Shown: in pieces, positions 20,832-29,531 of the stretch
Position numbering within the stretch: the first letter of the stretch is position 1
Layout: each line of letters begins with the position of its first letter
Source of the DNA: an uncultured virus (IMG/VR IMGVR_UViG_3300032069_000862)
Lineage: Duplodnaviria > Heunggongvirae > Uroviricota > Caudoviricetes
Length of the DNA: 64,000 bases
Direction: 5' to 3' (one strand)
Virus record (IMG/VR): IMGVR_UViG_3300032069_000862
Program-made: the position numbers and the translations under genes
Notes under the pieces: generated by a model
What the model was told of the DNA's origin: nothing
Databases searched by the model: none
Seen by the model: only the letters and a program-made list of their open reading frames with translations

Positions 20832-22505
20832 ATGAAAAATAAACAAAAAAAGAACGGTAAAAATGAAAATTTCAGCGAGCAATTAGATGATTTGCGGAAT
20901 TTAGCCTTAACCATAACAAAAGATGACAAAATAGGTGTGAAATATGACGCAAAAGCTCAAACAAGCTATTTTAATCCAGAAAATGATGAAATAACCTTAT
21001 CTCTAGCTCCATACCCAGAATTCGTTTCAAAAACTGAACGATTAGCTAAAAAAATCTTAGATGGGGATTTATTACACGAATCGCTACATAATACTTTAAC
21101 TAAACCAATTTGGCATAGTTTAAACAATTTTGCTACACATATCCAAAATAAAAGAGGTTCAGTAGAATTAGCTAAACACATTATAAATCTTGTTGAGGAT
21201 AAACGAATAAACTATTTTGGAGAAATTAGATTTAGGCTTGATTTAGGCAAACGATTGCAATTAGCGAATCTTATCTTAAAAGACACGATAGAAACGTCGC
21301 TAAAGAATAAACGACAACCAATTACGCTTAATTTTGGCGAAGCACCTTTAATTATGGGCGTTTTGTGTGATAAAGGCTTATATGAGGCTAATGTGACAGA
21401 AATAACTCAAAAAATGTCAGATAAGGCAAAAGAGGCAACAAATAAGGCTTTAGAAATATTGGAAAATACCAAATATATGAGGTTAAAAATCGACATAATA
21501 AAGGCAATTGAGCAAATATACGACTTAATTGAACCGTTTTGCGACAAATCTAGCGAATCCGAACTTAAAATGCTAATTCCGTCACGCAGAGGGGGCGATT
21601 TAAAAGGAGAACTTTCAAATTCGCTTAAAAACGCTTTAATGGCTCAAATTAAAGAGGAAGAGCAAAAAGAGGCAAAAGAAAAGGCTCAACAGCTAATTGA
21701 AGACTTATTAAAGGGCGGTTCGGCTGGAGAAGGCACGGGCGAAGAGATTCCAGCTCCAGAGCCGAATTTTGCGGAGTATTCACGATTAGTGGACAGAAAT
21801 AAAGCGGAAATAACCAAATTGCTCAATAAACTAAAGATTCACTTAAAACCACGCTTTAAAAGGGAGATTTTCCAAAAACGAGGCAAATTTATGTCGCCTT
21901 TAACCTCTAGAGCATATATAAACTCATTTCGCAGCGAAGTCAAAAACGTATATATGAACAATAGAGTAAAATTCGAAAAAGAACAAGTCGCAATAGGATT
22001 TTTATTCGACTTTAGCGGCAGTGTAGAACGGTCACAAGCCTTAGACATCACAACAATATTAAATGAAGTATTTGGTAATTATGTCGATGATTTAGGGTTT
22101 GCAATTGCCGTATTTGGCGAAAACAGTCAAAAAATAAAGACGTTTTTCGAAACCTTCGCTAATACACGAGCTAGAATCGGAAATATCAATGTTTCAGCCT
22201 CTGGAACGGAAATAAGCGTTAATTTGGCTTCGTTTCTCAAAATGCTCAATAAAGTGAACCCAGAACGTCATAAAATGCTTGTAATAGCCTCTGATTTCAA
22301 TTTCGGCGATGAAGATAAGGCTTTAGACCTAATAAAGCTATATTCGAAGGCTAATATTGATATGATTTTCATTGGTTTTTGTGATTGTCAAAAAGTTAAA
22401 ACCTTCGCTAGCGGAGTTAAAGGAATCATTAAGAGAACATACATAAAGAACGTAAAAGAATTGCCAGATAGGTTCTTAGAGGTATATCTAAGTTTACAAA
22501 AATAA
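20832..22505 (+). CDS. vWA (MIDAS) protein with N-terminal HExxH domain, CobT-like MoxR partner
   Basis: LLHESLH...NLVEDKRI; FDFSGS, SGT, IASD MIDAS elements. Confidence 0.85.
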   Translation: MKNKQKKNGKNENFSEQLDDLRNLALTITKDDKIGVKYDAKAQTSYFNPENDEITLSLAPYPEFVSKTERLAKKILDGDLLHESLHNTLTKPIWHSLNNFATHIQNKRGSVELAKHIINLVEDKRINYFGEIRFRLDLGKRLQLANLILKDTIETSLKNKRQPITLNFGEAPLIMGVLCDKGLYEANVTEITQKMSDKAKEATNKALEILENTKYMRLKIDIIKAIEQIYDLIEPFCDKSSESELKMLIPSRRGGDLKGELSNSLKNALMAQIKEEEQKEAKEKAQQLIEDLLKGGSAGEGTGEEIPAPEPNFAEYSRLVDRNKAEITKLLNKLKIHLKPRFKREIFQKRGKFMSPLTSRAYINSFRSEVKNVYMNNRVKFEKEQVAIGFLFDFSGSVERSQALDITTILNEVFGNYVDDLGFAIAVFGENSQKIKTFFETFANTRARIGNINVSASGTEISVNLASFLKMLNKVNPERHKMLVIASDFNFGDEDKALDLIKLYSKANIDMIFIGFCDCQKVKTFASGVKGIIKRTYIKNVKELPDRFLEVYLSLQK

Positions 22506-22518
22506 AGAGGTTAAAACC

Positions 22519-22830
22519 ATGACATACCAAATAGTTAAAACGGGCGATTTGCGATTCTTTTACAAAAATAGGCAATTAAAAGCCACGTTGCAGATAAGCG
22601 ACGCTATTAATAAGCATAAATGTGCAACGGTTCGCTTAAATGATTCGTTATTCAAAAGCGGGTCTAGTCAATTGGCTGTTTACACATCGGACTTCGAAAA
22701 ACACTCAGATGAACGAATCCTCTCTTTTATAGTCAATGAAACTAATTCAGAGCTTGGAAACGCCATATTTCGACAAATAAGGCAAGATTTGGGCTTTAAA
22801 CCCGACAAAATAAAGGTTCAATTGATTTAA
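22519..22830 (+). CDS. hypothetical protein with KVKV tag
   Basis: ends KIKVQLI*. Confidence 0.7.
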   Translation: MTYQIVKTGDLRFFYKNRQLKATLQISDAINKHKCATVRLNDSLFKSGSSQLAVYTSDFEKHSDERILSFIVNETNSELGNAIFRQIRQDLGFKPDKIKVQLI

Positions 22831-22843
22831 AGAGGTTAAGACC

Positions 22844-23050
22844 GTGTTAAACAAAAAAGACATTAAAATATTGAATCAACAAAAAACAAAAAATCCATGC
22901 GGCTTAATTGCATGCGTAAAACGTAAAAAAGACTGTAAAACTTGCTCAGTTAAGTATATGACAAAACACAAATTTGCGATTAGTGATTTTAATTGGTTTT
23001 ATGAACCAATAAAACGCAAAAAAACCAAAATAAAAGTGATGTTGATATGA
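22844..23050 (+). CDS. Cys-rich protein with KVKV tag
   Basis: ends KIKVMLI*. Confidence 0.7.
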   Translation: MLNKKDIKILNQQKTKNPCGLIACVKRKKDCKTCSVKYMTKHKFAISDFNWFYEPIKRKKTKIKVMLI

Positions 23051-23440
23051 GTGGTTTAGGGATAAGTGAACGGTTCTCTAGAGCTAAAAACTTAGAGATA
23101 ATACTAGAGCATTATAGACAAAATCCGCAATTGACAAAACAACAAGTAAACTATTTGTCACGGTTCACATGGATAAACCATAAAAAAGGCTTGAGTTATC
23201 CTTTATGCAATTGTCTAAGATGTGAAGGTTTAAACGCTATTTTAGAGACGGAATCAAAAAATAAACCATAAAAAGAGGTGAAAAAGAAAATGCAACCCAA
23301 AACAGATATAGAAAAAGCAAAAGAGCTATTAGATGGATTAATTTCGGAAATAGAGCAAGAAGGCAGTTTTTTAAACGAACACGGTTGCGAATTTGTCTTG
23401 CCCGACTTAAAGCAAATCAGAAAACTGCTAAAATGACAAA

Positions 23441-23492
23441 AGAGGCTTGAATCAGCCTCTAATTTCCTCTCTTTTTTGAGTTTATTTTTTAA
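23441..23492 (+). terminator. putative terminator
   Basis: AGAGGCT...AGCCTCT hairpin followed by T-rich tracts at the end of the 17.4-23.4 kb gene run. Confidence 0.45.
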
Positions 23493-24486
23493 TTTAAACC
23501 CTATTTTAATTGACAAAATTTTAATTTTTTTACTGCTGCCCCAAAATAAAAAGATTAATCAATTGATTAAGTCTTAACTAATCTAATCAGTGAATTGAAC
23601 CAGCAGTTGCACTCACAATTCTGGGCAAGATTTGAGTTTCTCTTCACAACTACAGCCTTTAAATCGCTTCTTTTGGCAATCCGCCCCTAAAACGAGCTTA
23701 TTTTTTACCGAGTGCGTTTTTTCCATAACTCAATAAATTAATCAATTGATTAAGCAATTTGTGATATTGGCAAATGAAGACCGCAGAAAATAAGCTCAAA
23801 TCTGGTCTCTTTAATCTAATTCGCACCGAATTAGGCTCGTTTAACCAATCAAGCCACAATTTCAGCCTTATCAAGTGACTAATCAACCAATAATCACTAA
23901 GACCCTAATCAACCTAAACAACAACATGGTATATCAGTTAATTAATTAACCTCTAAAACATGGCATGTTTGTTTATTTGTTTAGTGGTTATGAGACGTTA
24001 ATTAGTATGGTATAGTATGGTAATTAATTAATAGTGGTTGTTTAATGGTTAATTAACTAAATTGAGCTTGAAACAAGCCCAAAACAACAAAACAAACCAA
24101 ACTCTCCCGCCAAACAACAATTCCGCCACAAAATAAGCCCAGATTTCCATGGTTGACTAGACCATATGGTAATTGTGGATGTTGACTGGTTTGCCATAGT
24201 AATTTGTGAAGTGACAAGTTAAACATGGCTGGTCACTTGAATGGGTTAATTTGTTGGGCATATGCTCGAAAAATTGGTTGGGAAGTTAGCACATGATTCG
24301 GTGCGGATTCGTGCTCATTTAACCTATGGATTGCTCAGTAGTTTTGAGCAAGTAAACATATAGTTAACATATAGTTATGGATGGCATATGCATGATAAGC
24401 CGATTATGCCATTTCGGGGGCTTCTTCGAATTTACATCCATAATGTTTATATATCTGATAGTCATATTATTATGTTTGTGACATAA

Positions 24487-24756
24487 ATGAGTGAACGCTA
24501 CAATAAATTTAATAGTGACATGCGACTTGCCTTAATAACATTGTTAGGAAATAAATGCATTGAATGTGGAAGTAAAGAAAATTTGATATTACATCATAGA
24601 GATAAAAATGAATTAAATAACATTGTGGCAAATTTTGAAGTTTTATGCAGGTCTTGTCATTCCAAAATACATGAAGAAGAACTTACAAGAGGAATGGCTC
24701 GCACTATAGCTCTCAAAAAACAAGGAAAGCAAAAAATTCATAGTTTAGTATACTAA
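24487..24756 (+). CDS. HNH endonuclease
   Basis: CIECG...LHHRDKN..NN...N..LCRSCHSKIH. Confidence 0.85.
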   Translation: MSERYNKFNSDMRLALITLLGNKCIECGSKENLILHHRDKNELNNIVANFEVLCRSCHSKIHEEELTRGMARTIALKKQGKQKIHSLVY

Positions 24757-24852
24757 ATATACGAATTAATCAATTGATTAAGCAACCGCAAGCCTTATAT
24801 ATTGCTTTGAGACTACTCTAACATGAATGAAAGAATGAAGAGGTGATTGTGA

Positions 24853-25299
24853 ATGAAAGAAAGATTTAAGTTTGAAACTGTTATGATTTACAATGAGAAA
24901 AAGGGACTAGAGGAACGCCAATACTTTAAAATCAAGCAAGTCTTAACATGGCAACTATATATTCGTCCAATAAAACTTTGGTTTGAACCTTGTCCGAAAT
25001 GCCAAGCATTAATTGATGAAGAATATTCTGACTGTATTAAAAATAATCTGCTCCCTAATTCGAGCCTATTTTCTGCTGTCTCCCGTCGAGACTTTACAAC
25101 ACTTCCAATGTTATTGGTAACAATTATTTGTAAAGACTGTAAAAAATATCTACTGAAGAAAATGTTGGATGCTTCGGAAGTTATTCTAGGCAATAAAGAC
25201 TATGAACCAATGTTTGAATTGTCACGAAGATGGCTTGATGATGAGGATTCTAGGATACAAATTTCAAAGGAAGATTATGAAAAAAGCATGTTTGTTTAG
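24853..25299 (+). CDS. Zn-binding hypothetical protein
   Basis: CPKC...CKDC; palindrome plus promoter upstream. Confidence 0.6.
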   Translation: MKERFKFETVMIYNEKKGLEERQYFKIKQVLTWQLYIRPIKLWFEPCPKCQALIDEEYSDCIKNNLLPNSSLFSAVSRRDFTTLPMLLVTIICKDCKKYLLKKMLDASEVILGNKDYEPMFELSRRWLDDEDSRIQISKEDYEKSMFV

Positions 25300-25346
25300 T
25301 TTAATTAACCGAAACATTTAAATATCCCTTTTTTTATATAATAGTA

Positions 25347-25502
25347 TGGGCAAACGGGACGATTCGAAGGCAAGGTCATACAGCACGGGGTTGCTCCCGA
25401 AGCCATGGTGCTTGCCAGAGTCGAAAGCTAATGACCTGCCGTTGATGGCGTGAGTCGCACTCCACCATTCGATGGATGTGAGGCATACCTTGTTTGCGTC
25501 CT
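25347..25502 (+). ncRNA. putative structured non-coding RNA
   Basis: GC-rich island; GCAAAC/GTTTGC end pairing, GGCAAGGTCAT/ATGACCTGCC stem, CGGGG-TTGC-TCCCG hairpin; promoter at 25307-25324. Confidence 0.55.
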
Positions 25503-25598
25503 TTATGCTCGCCAACGTTCGTTAAGGACGTTGGTAATTTATTTCCGTAATCTTTATATACTTGTGTCAATTAGTTTTATTGTGGAGACTATATTTAA

Positions 25599-25769
25599 AT
25601 GAAGCCAAAAGTCAAAAAGAAACTAATGATTCTTCTCGGCTATCAAATTAGCAATCTAGGATGGTTCACGGCATGGCATTTTTATGGCGGAGACCCATTA
25701 GGTTTTATTGTTGGAATTATAATAATTTGTCTTGCAGATGCTCTTGTTATATGGAAAGAATGGGATTAA
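25599..25769 (+). CDS. small membrane protein (not in ORF track)
   Basis: MKPKVKKKLMILLGYQ...IVGIIIICLADALVIWKEWD*; promoter at ~25545-25560. Confidence 0.5.
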   Translation: MKPKVKKKLMILLGYQISNLGWFTAWHFYGGDPLGFIVGIIIICLADALVIWKEWD

Positions 25770-25832
25770 TTCAAAGTTTTTTAAGTTTTTTAATTATTTT
25801 TCACCATTAATGTTTAGTTATGTTGGAGATAT

Positions 25833-27215
25833 TCAAGGAGACGAGTTCACCTCATATTGAAAACTTGAACAGTAAAATTCGAGTTCAACTTCCCATTCTC
25901 TTTCATCTGAGCCTTCTTTGCTATATCTATATTCCTTCAATATTCTTGAAAGCCAGCATGTATAAGTCCAACGAGGATAATTTTGTCCAGATTCAGTTTT
26001 TGCTGTAACAGTCACGATTGCATTAGTATTAAACATATCATTTAAAGTGATTTTTTGAGCATCTGTAAGACGAACGGTAATTGTGAGTCGTCTATTATCT
26101 ATCACAAATGTCCCTGTATCAACAAATTCGCCCTCTGGATTTAAAGGAATTTGTCTTATTGCGGGGTCACAACCCTGTTCTTCTGACCATGCAATTGCGT
26201 CACATTCTAAAGTTCCAATTGTAATATGTGTTGTTGTTAGTGTTGGTGTTGCCCAAGACCAACAAGCATAAGGAGTTCGAGTAAAAGAAAGGTCTGAACC
26301 CACAGTTTCAAAATTAATTGTTCCAATATATAATTTTCTTATAACTTTAGAAGTATCAAGCACCATGTAGAGGTATTCGCTTTCAGAGAAATTACAAAGT
26401 CCCACAGGCAGATTAACACTTGAATAATATATATAATTAAGAGTGCTCTTGTTAAACCTACATATTCTATTTCCGTTAGCGAATGTCCCAAAAATACTAT
26501 CACCAATAACAAATTTATAACGAGTTGGAAGGTTTGTATTACTATCACTTTTCTCTTGGTCATAGGTATTTAAGTTAGTTTTTAATACTCTCCATCTATC
26601 TCGATAACTGCCAAAACAATAAACGTAAGTGTCATCAATCGCAAAATGTGGAGCACCCCTATATGCTGTAAAACTATAAATCTTTGTAGCTATAACTGAA
26701 AAACTTGTTAAATCAATCTTCTGAATTATAGGTCTATAGTATAATGAAACTGATTGTTGCAACCCAACCCAAAGAATCTGGGAGTCATAAGGGTCATTCT
26801 CAATAGTTGAATAATTCCCTGTGGACTCAAGATTTAAAGAACCCACCAAACTAAGGTCTGAGGTTTGAAACTTTAATAATTTTGGGGTGCTTAATGCAAC
26901 ATAAACATAATTACCAACTACGCAAACTGAAGCACTCTCGGAAGGGTAATTAATTAAATTGTTATATGCTTCCTCTACCATATTAGATATTCTAATTTTG
27001 CGTATAGTTATATTTTGATAATTACTTGAAAGTCCAACCCAATATAGGTATGTCCCATCACCAAAAAGATTATTATACGAATATCCCCTACTATAACCAG
27101 TCGGACAGATGTATTCACCAACCTTAGATTTATTTTCCCAATCAGTAACATCGAATTTCTCAATTCTATCTGCCGTCCCTGCCGAAATTGTAGCTATGAA
27201 GATTAATTTTGTCAT
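25833..27215 (-). CDS. tail-tip/receptor-binding protein: beta-propeller-like N-term plus conserved C-terminal (distal-tail-like) domain
   Basis: last ~125 aa nearly identical to those of 28077..29531; tail module context. Confidence 0.65.
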   Translation of the reverse strand: MTKLIFIATISAGTADRIEKFDVTDWENKSKVGEYICPTGYSRGYSYNNLFGDGTYLYWVGLSSNYQNITIRKIRISNMVEEAYNNLINYPSESASVCVVGNYVYVALSTPKLLKFQTSDLSLVGSLNLESTGNYSTIENDPYDSQILWVGLQQSVSLYYRPIIQKIDLTSFSVIATKIYSFTAYRGAPHFAIDDTYVYCFGSYRDRWRVLKTNLNTYDQEKSDSNTNLPTRYKFVIGDSIFGTFANGNRICRFNKSTLNYIYYSSVNLPVGLCNFSESEYLYMVLDTSKVIRKLYIGTINFETVGSDLSFTRTPYACWSWATPTLTTTHITIGTLECDAIAWSEEQGCDPAIRQIPLNPEGEFVDTGTFVIDNRRLTITVRLTDAQKITLNDMFNTNAIVTVTAKTESGQNYPRWTYTCWLSRILKEYRYSKEGSDEREWEVELEFYCSSFQYEVNSSP

Positions 27216-27333
27216 TCTGGTTTTACCTCTTCATTAATTAATACTGAAATCAATTCGACAATAAACATATTCTGTCATGGAGACGAATTCACCTCAGCAT
27301 TTGTTATAGTTATTTGTATCAAATTAATCTCCT

Positions 27334-28080
27334 TTATTTTATTATAATTAATTCAATTGTTAATCGCCAAGGATATGTATCGTTCTCGTCTCTAGCATAT
27401 TTGGCATCAATACTTCGCAACCATACATTATCATTGAATTCATATATATTATCCACTAGAACCACAGTTGTATGTCCCTCTAATAGTTGGTCTAAAGTCC
27501 ATTTTTCGGCATCAGTAACTCTCATTTCATATGTGACTACTGTAGTCCGTTTACTCCAAATATTAGTATCAATCTCGGCGGGTTGATTTATATACTTTGG
27601 CATCATAACTAGACTTCTTTTAGTAATATCTGTTCTAAGAATGAAATCATAATCAACGCCGTTTAATGTTATTTTTGCAAAAACATCGGTCATAGATATA
27701 TCATCTATATAAACGTCACCAGAACTATTGAATATTATTTCAGAAATTACTTTATTTTCAGTTAATCCCGTCACTACACATTCTGTCCATGTATTTTGAG
27801 GAGCATCAAAGGATTTGTCTGTGACGGTGTTATCTGTATAACGAACTTCTAGATACATACCATCAGTCAAACCTGTTCCATATACCCAAAACGTAAAACT
27901 TAACAAAGTCGTGTCCCACAACACATTCAGATTTTGTTTTATTTCTCCACCGCCTGTAGCCAATAGTTTAGCAGAATAATTTCCAGAATGTTTTATTGTC
28001 GAATTGATTTCAGCACCAGTATAAGTCCATCCAGTAAAGTCACCAGTCTCGAAATCGCCATTTGTTATATATTCTGTCAT
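27334..28080 (-). CDS. tail protein with carbohydrate-binding-like N-terminal domain
   Basis: ITNGDFETGDFTGW...VYIDDIS jelly-roll signature; distantly related C-terminal domain. Confidence 0.65.
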   Translation of the reverse strand: MTEYITNGDFETGDFTGWTYTGAEINSTIKHSGNYSAKLLATGGGEIKQNLNVLWDTTLLSFTFWVYGTGLTDGMYLEVRYTDNTVTDKSFDAPQNTWTECVVTGLTENKVISEIIFNSSGDVYIDDISMTDVFAKITLNGVDYDFILRTDITKRSLVMMPKYINQPAEIDTNIWSKRTTVVTYEMRVTDAEKWTLDQLLEGHTTVVLVDNIYEFNDNVWLRSIDAKYARDENDTYPWRLTIELIIIK

Positions 28081-29531
28081 GGAGACGAATTCACCTCATA
28101 GTAAAAACTTGAACAATAAAATTCTAATTCAACTTCCCACTCACGTTCATCTGAATCTAATTTGCTATAACTATATTCTTTTAATATTCTGAAAGTCCAA
28201 CACGTATATTCCCAACGAGGATAATCCTCTCCTGATTCAGTTTTTGCCATAATCGTTATAGTGGCATTAGCATTAAACATATCATTTAAAGTGACTTTTT
28301 GAGCATCTGTAAGGCGAACAGTAATTGTGAGTCGTCTATTGTCTATCACAAATGTTCCCGTATCTATAAGTTCGCCTTCTTCTGCTAATGGACGTTGTCT
28401 AATTGCTGGGTCACAAGTTTGACTTTCTGACCATGCAATTGCATCACAATACAAAGTTCCACCAGCGTTTGATATTTTAATTATACTGGATGGTTCTTCA
28501 GCTCCAAATCTGAGACTATATGAAGCAACGGTAATAATCCAACAGACTCCATTTTTAGAATTATCAATTGCACTTATAAATTCATTTTGTGTTATAGGAC
28601 TTGTTTCAGTTGCTAATGTCTTTTCTTCTGACCATGAACCAGAATCAATAATACTCGTCTTGAATTTTACTTCTTTCGTAGAAGGTTTAGTCCAATACGC
28701 ATAAATTGTTGAATCAGTAACACCAATAGAATATTCACCATAATCTTCCAAAACTACAAGGACTGTTTCACTACTCCATCCACCAGATTCAGTCCAAGTC
28801 TTAAAGACTAAATCCTTGTTTGTTCTTGAACATAAGAAATATAAAATATTGTCTTTCACAGTTACAGATTGATTGTAGCCAGTGCTAACTATTATTGTAG
28901 GAGAAGCATCCCAAGAAGTCCCATTATAGAATTTTCCCCTCAAATCTTCTGGAATACTGTATTTTTCATAAATCGCATACATTTTTCCGCCGTCTAATCC
29001 AATAATACCAACACCTTCAAATGAGGTCGTCCCAGAACTATCTAATTGTGTAGGAGTTCCCCAAGAACTTCCAGAGATGTCATTAGCTTTAATAACATAA
29101 GGTAGCCATGGTCCGTTAGGTCTGTAAGTGTAACCGACCCAAGGATAACCAAATGAATCAGTTGTGACTGTTGGATGTTGAAATGAAACATTTGTTACGG
29201 CGGCTTTGACTGTTTGTTGGTTACCCCACGATATTGTTCCATTGGCATTTAAAGTTCCTTGTTTATAATAGAGAGCACTGTAAGTCTTGGAATAAACTAA
29301 ATGTATAGTTGTAGTTGATGGCTTTAAAAATATGGAGAAATTGTAATAAACATCAGTTACCAGAATCTTTGCTGACCAAGTAGTTCCATCTGAACTGGTT
29401 CTGTAACAAATTTTATAATCAACATCATTGTAGAATATCCAATACAAACCATTAGCGAAGACTATCTGTCTTTGCCATGGATGAGCAAGATACTCGCTTG
29501 AGTTTGCGTCAACCGTTGATATTATTGTCAA
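28077..29531 (-). CDS. tail-tip/receptor-binding protein with BNR/Asp-box propeller plus conserved C-terminal domain
   Basis: YRTSSDGTTWS Asp-box, repeated SW/GW blades. Confidence 0.7.
   Translation of the reverse strand: MTIISTVDANSSEYLAHPWQRQIVFANGLYWIFYNDVDYKICYRTSSDGTTWSAKILVTDVYYNFSIFLKPSTTTIHLVYSKTYSALYYKQGTLNANGTISWGNQQTVKAAVTNVSFQHPTVTTDSFGYPWVGYTYRPNGPWLPYVIKANDISGSSWGTPTQLDSSGTTSFEGVGIIGLDGGKMYAIYEKYSIPEDLRGKFYNGTSWDASPTIIVSTGYNQSVTVKDNILYFLCSRTNKDLVFKTWTESGGWSSETVLVVLEDYGEYSIGVTDSTIYAYWTKPSTKEVKFKTSIIDSGSWSEEKTLATETSPITQNEFISAIDNSKNGVCWIITVASYSLRFGAEEPSSIIKISNAGGTLYCDAIAWSESQTCDPAIRQRPLAEEGELIDTGTFVIDNRRLTITVRLTDAQKVTLNDMFNANATITIMAKTESGEDYPRWEYTCWTFRILKEYSYSKLDSDEREWEVELEFYCSSFYYEVNSSP

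Noticed and set aside
25345..25500. tRNA on the - strand (TTCGAAT...CCA)
   Set aside because: The bases 5' of the apparent T-loop do not pair with those 3' of it and no cloverleaf forms; the promoter points to the + strand
25833..28460. Diversity-generating retroelement template/variable repeat
   Set aside because: No reverse transcriptase in the window; both copies are in-frame coding and differences are not confined to adenines
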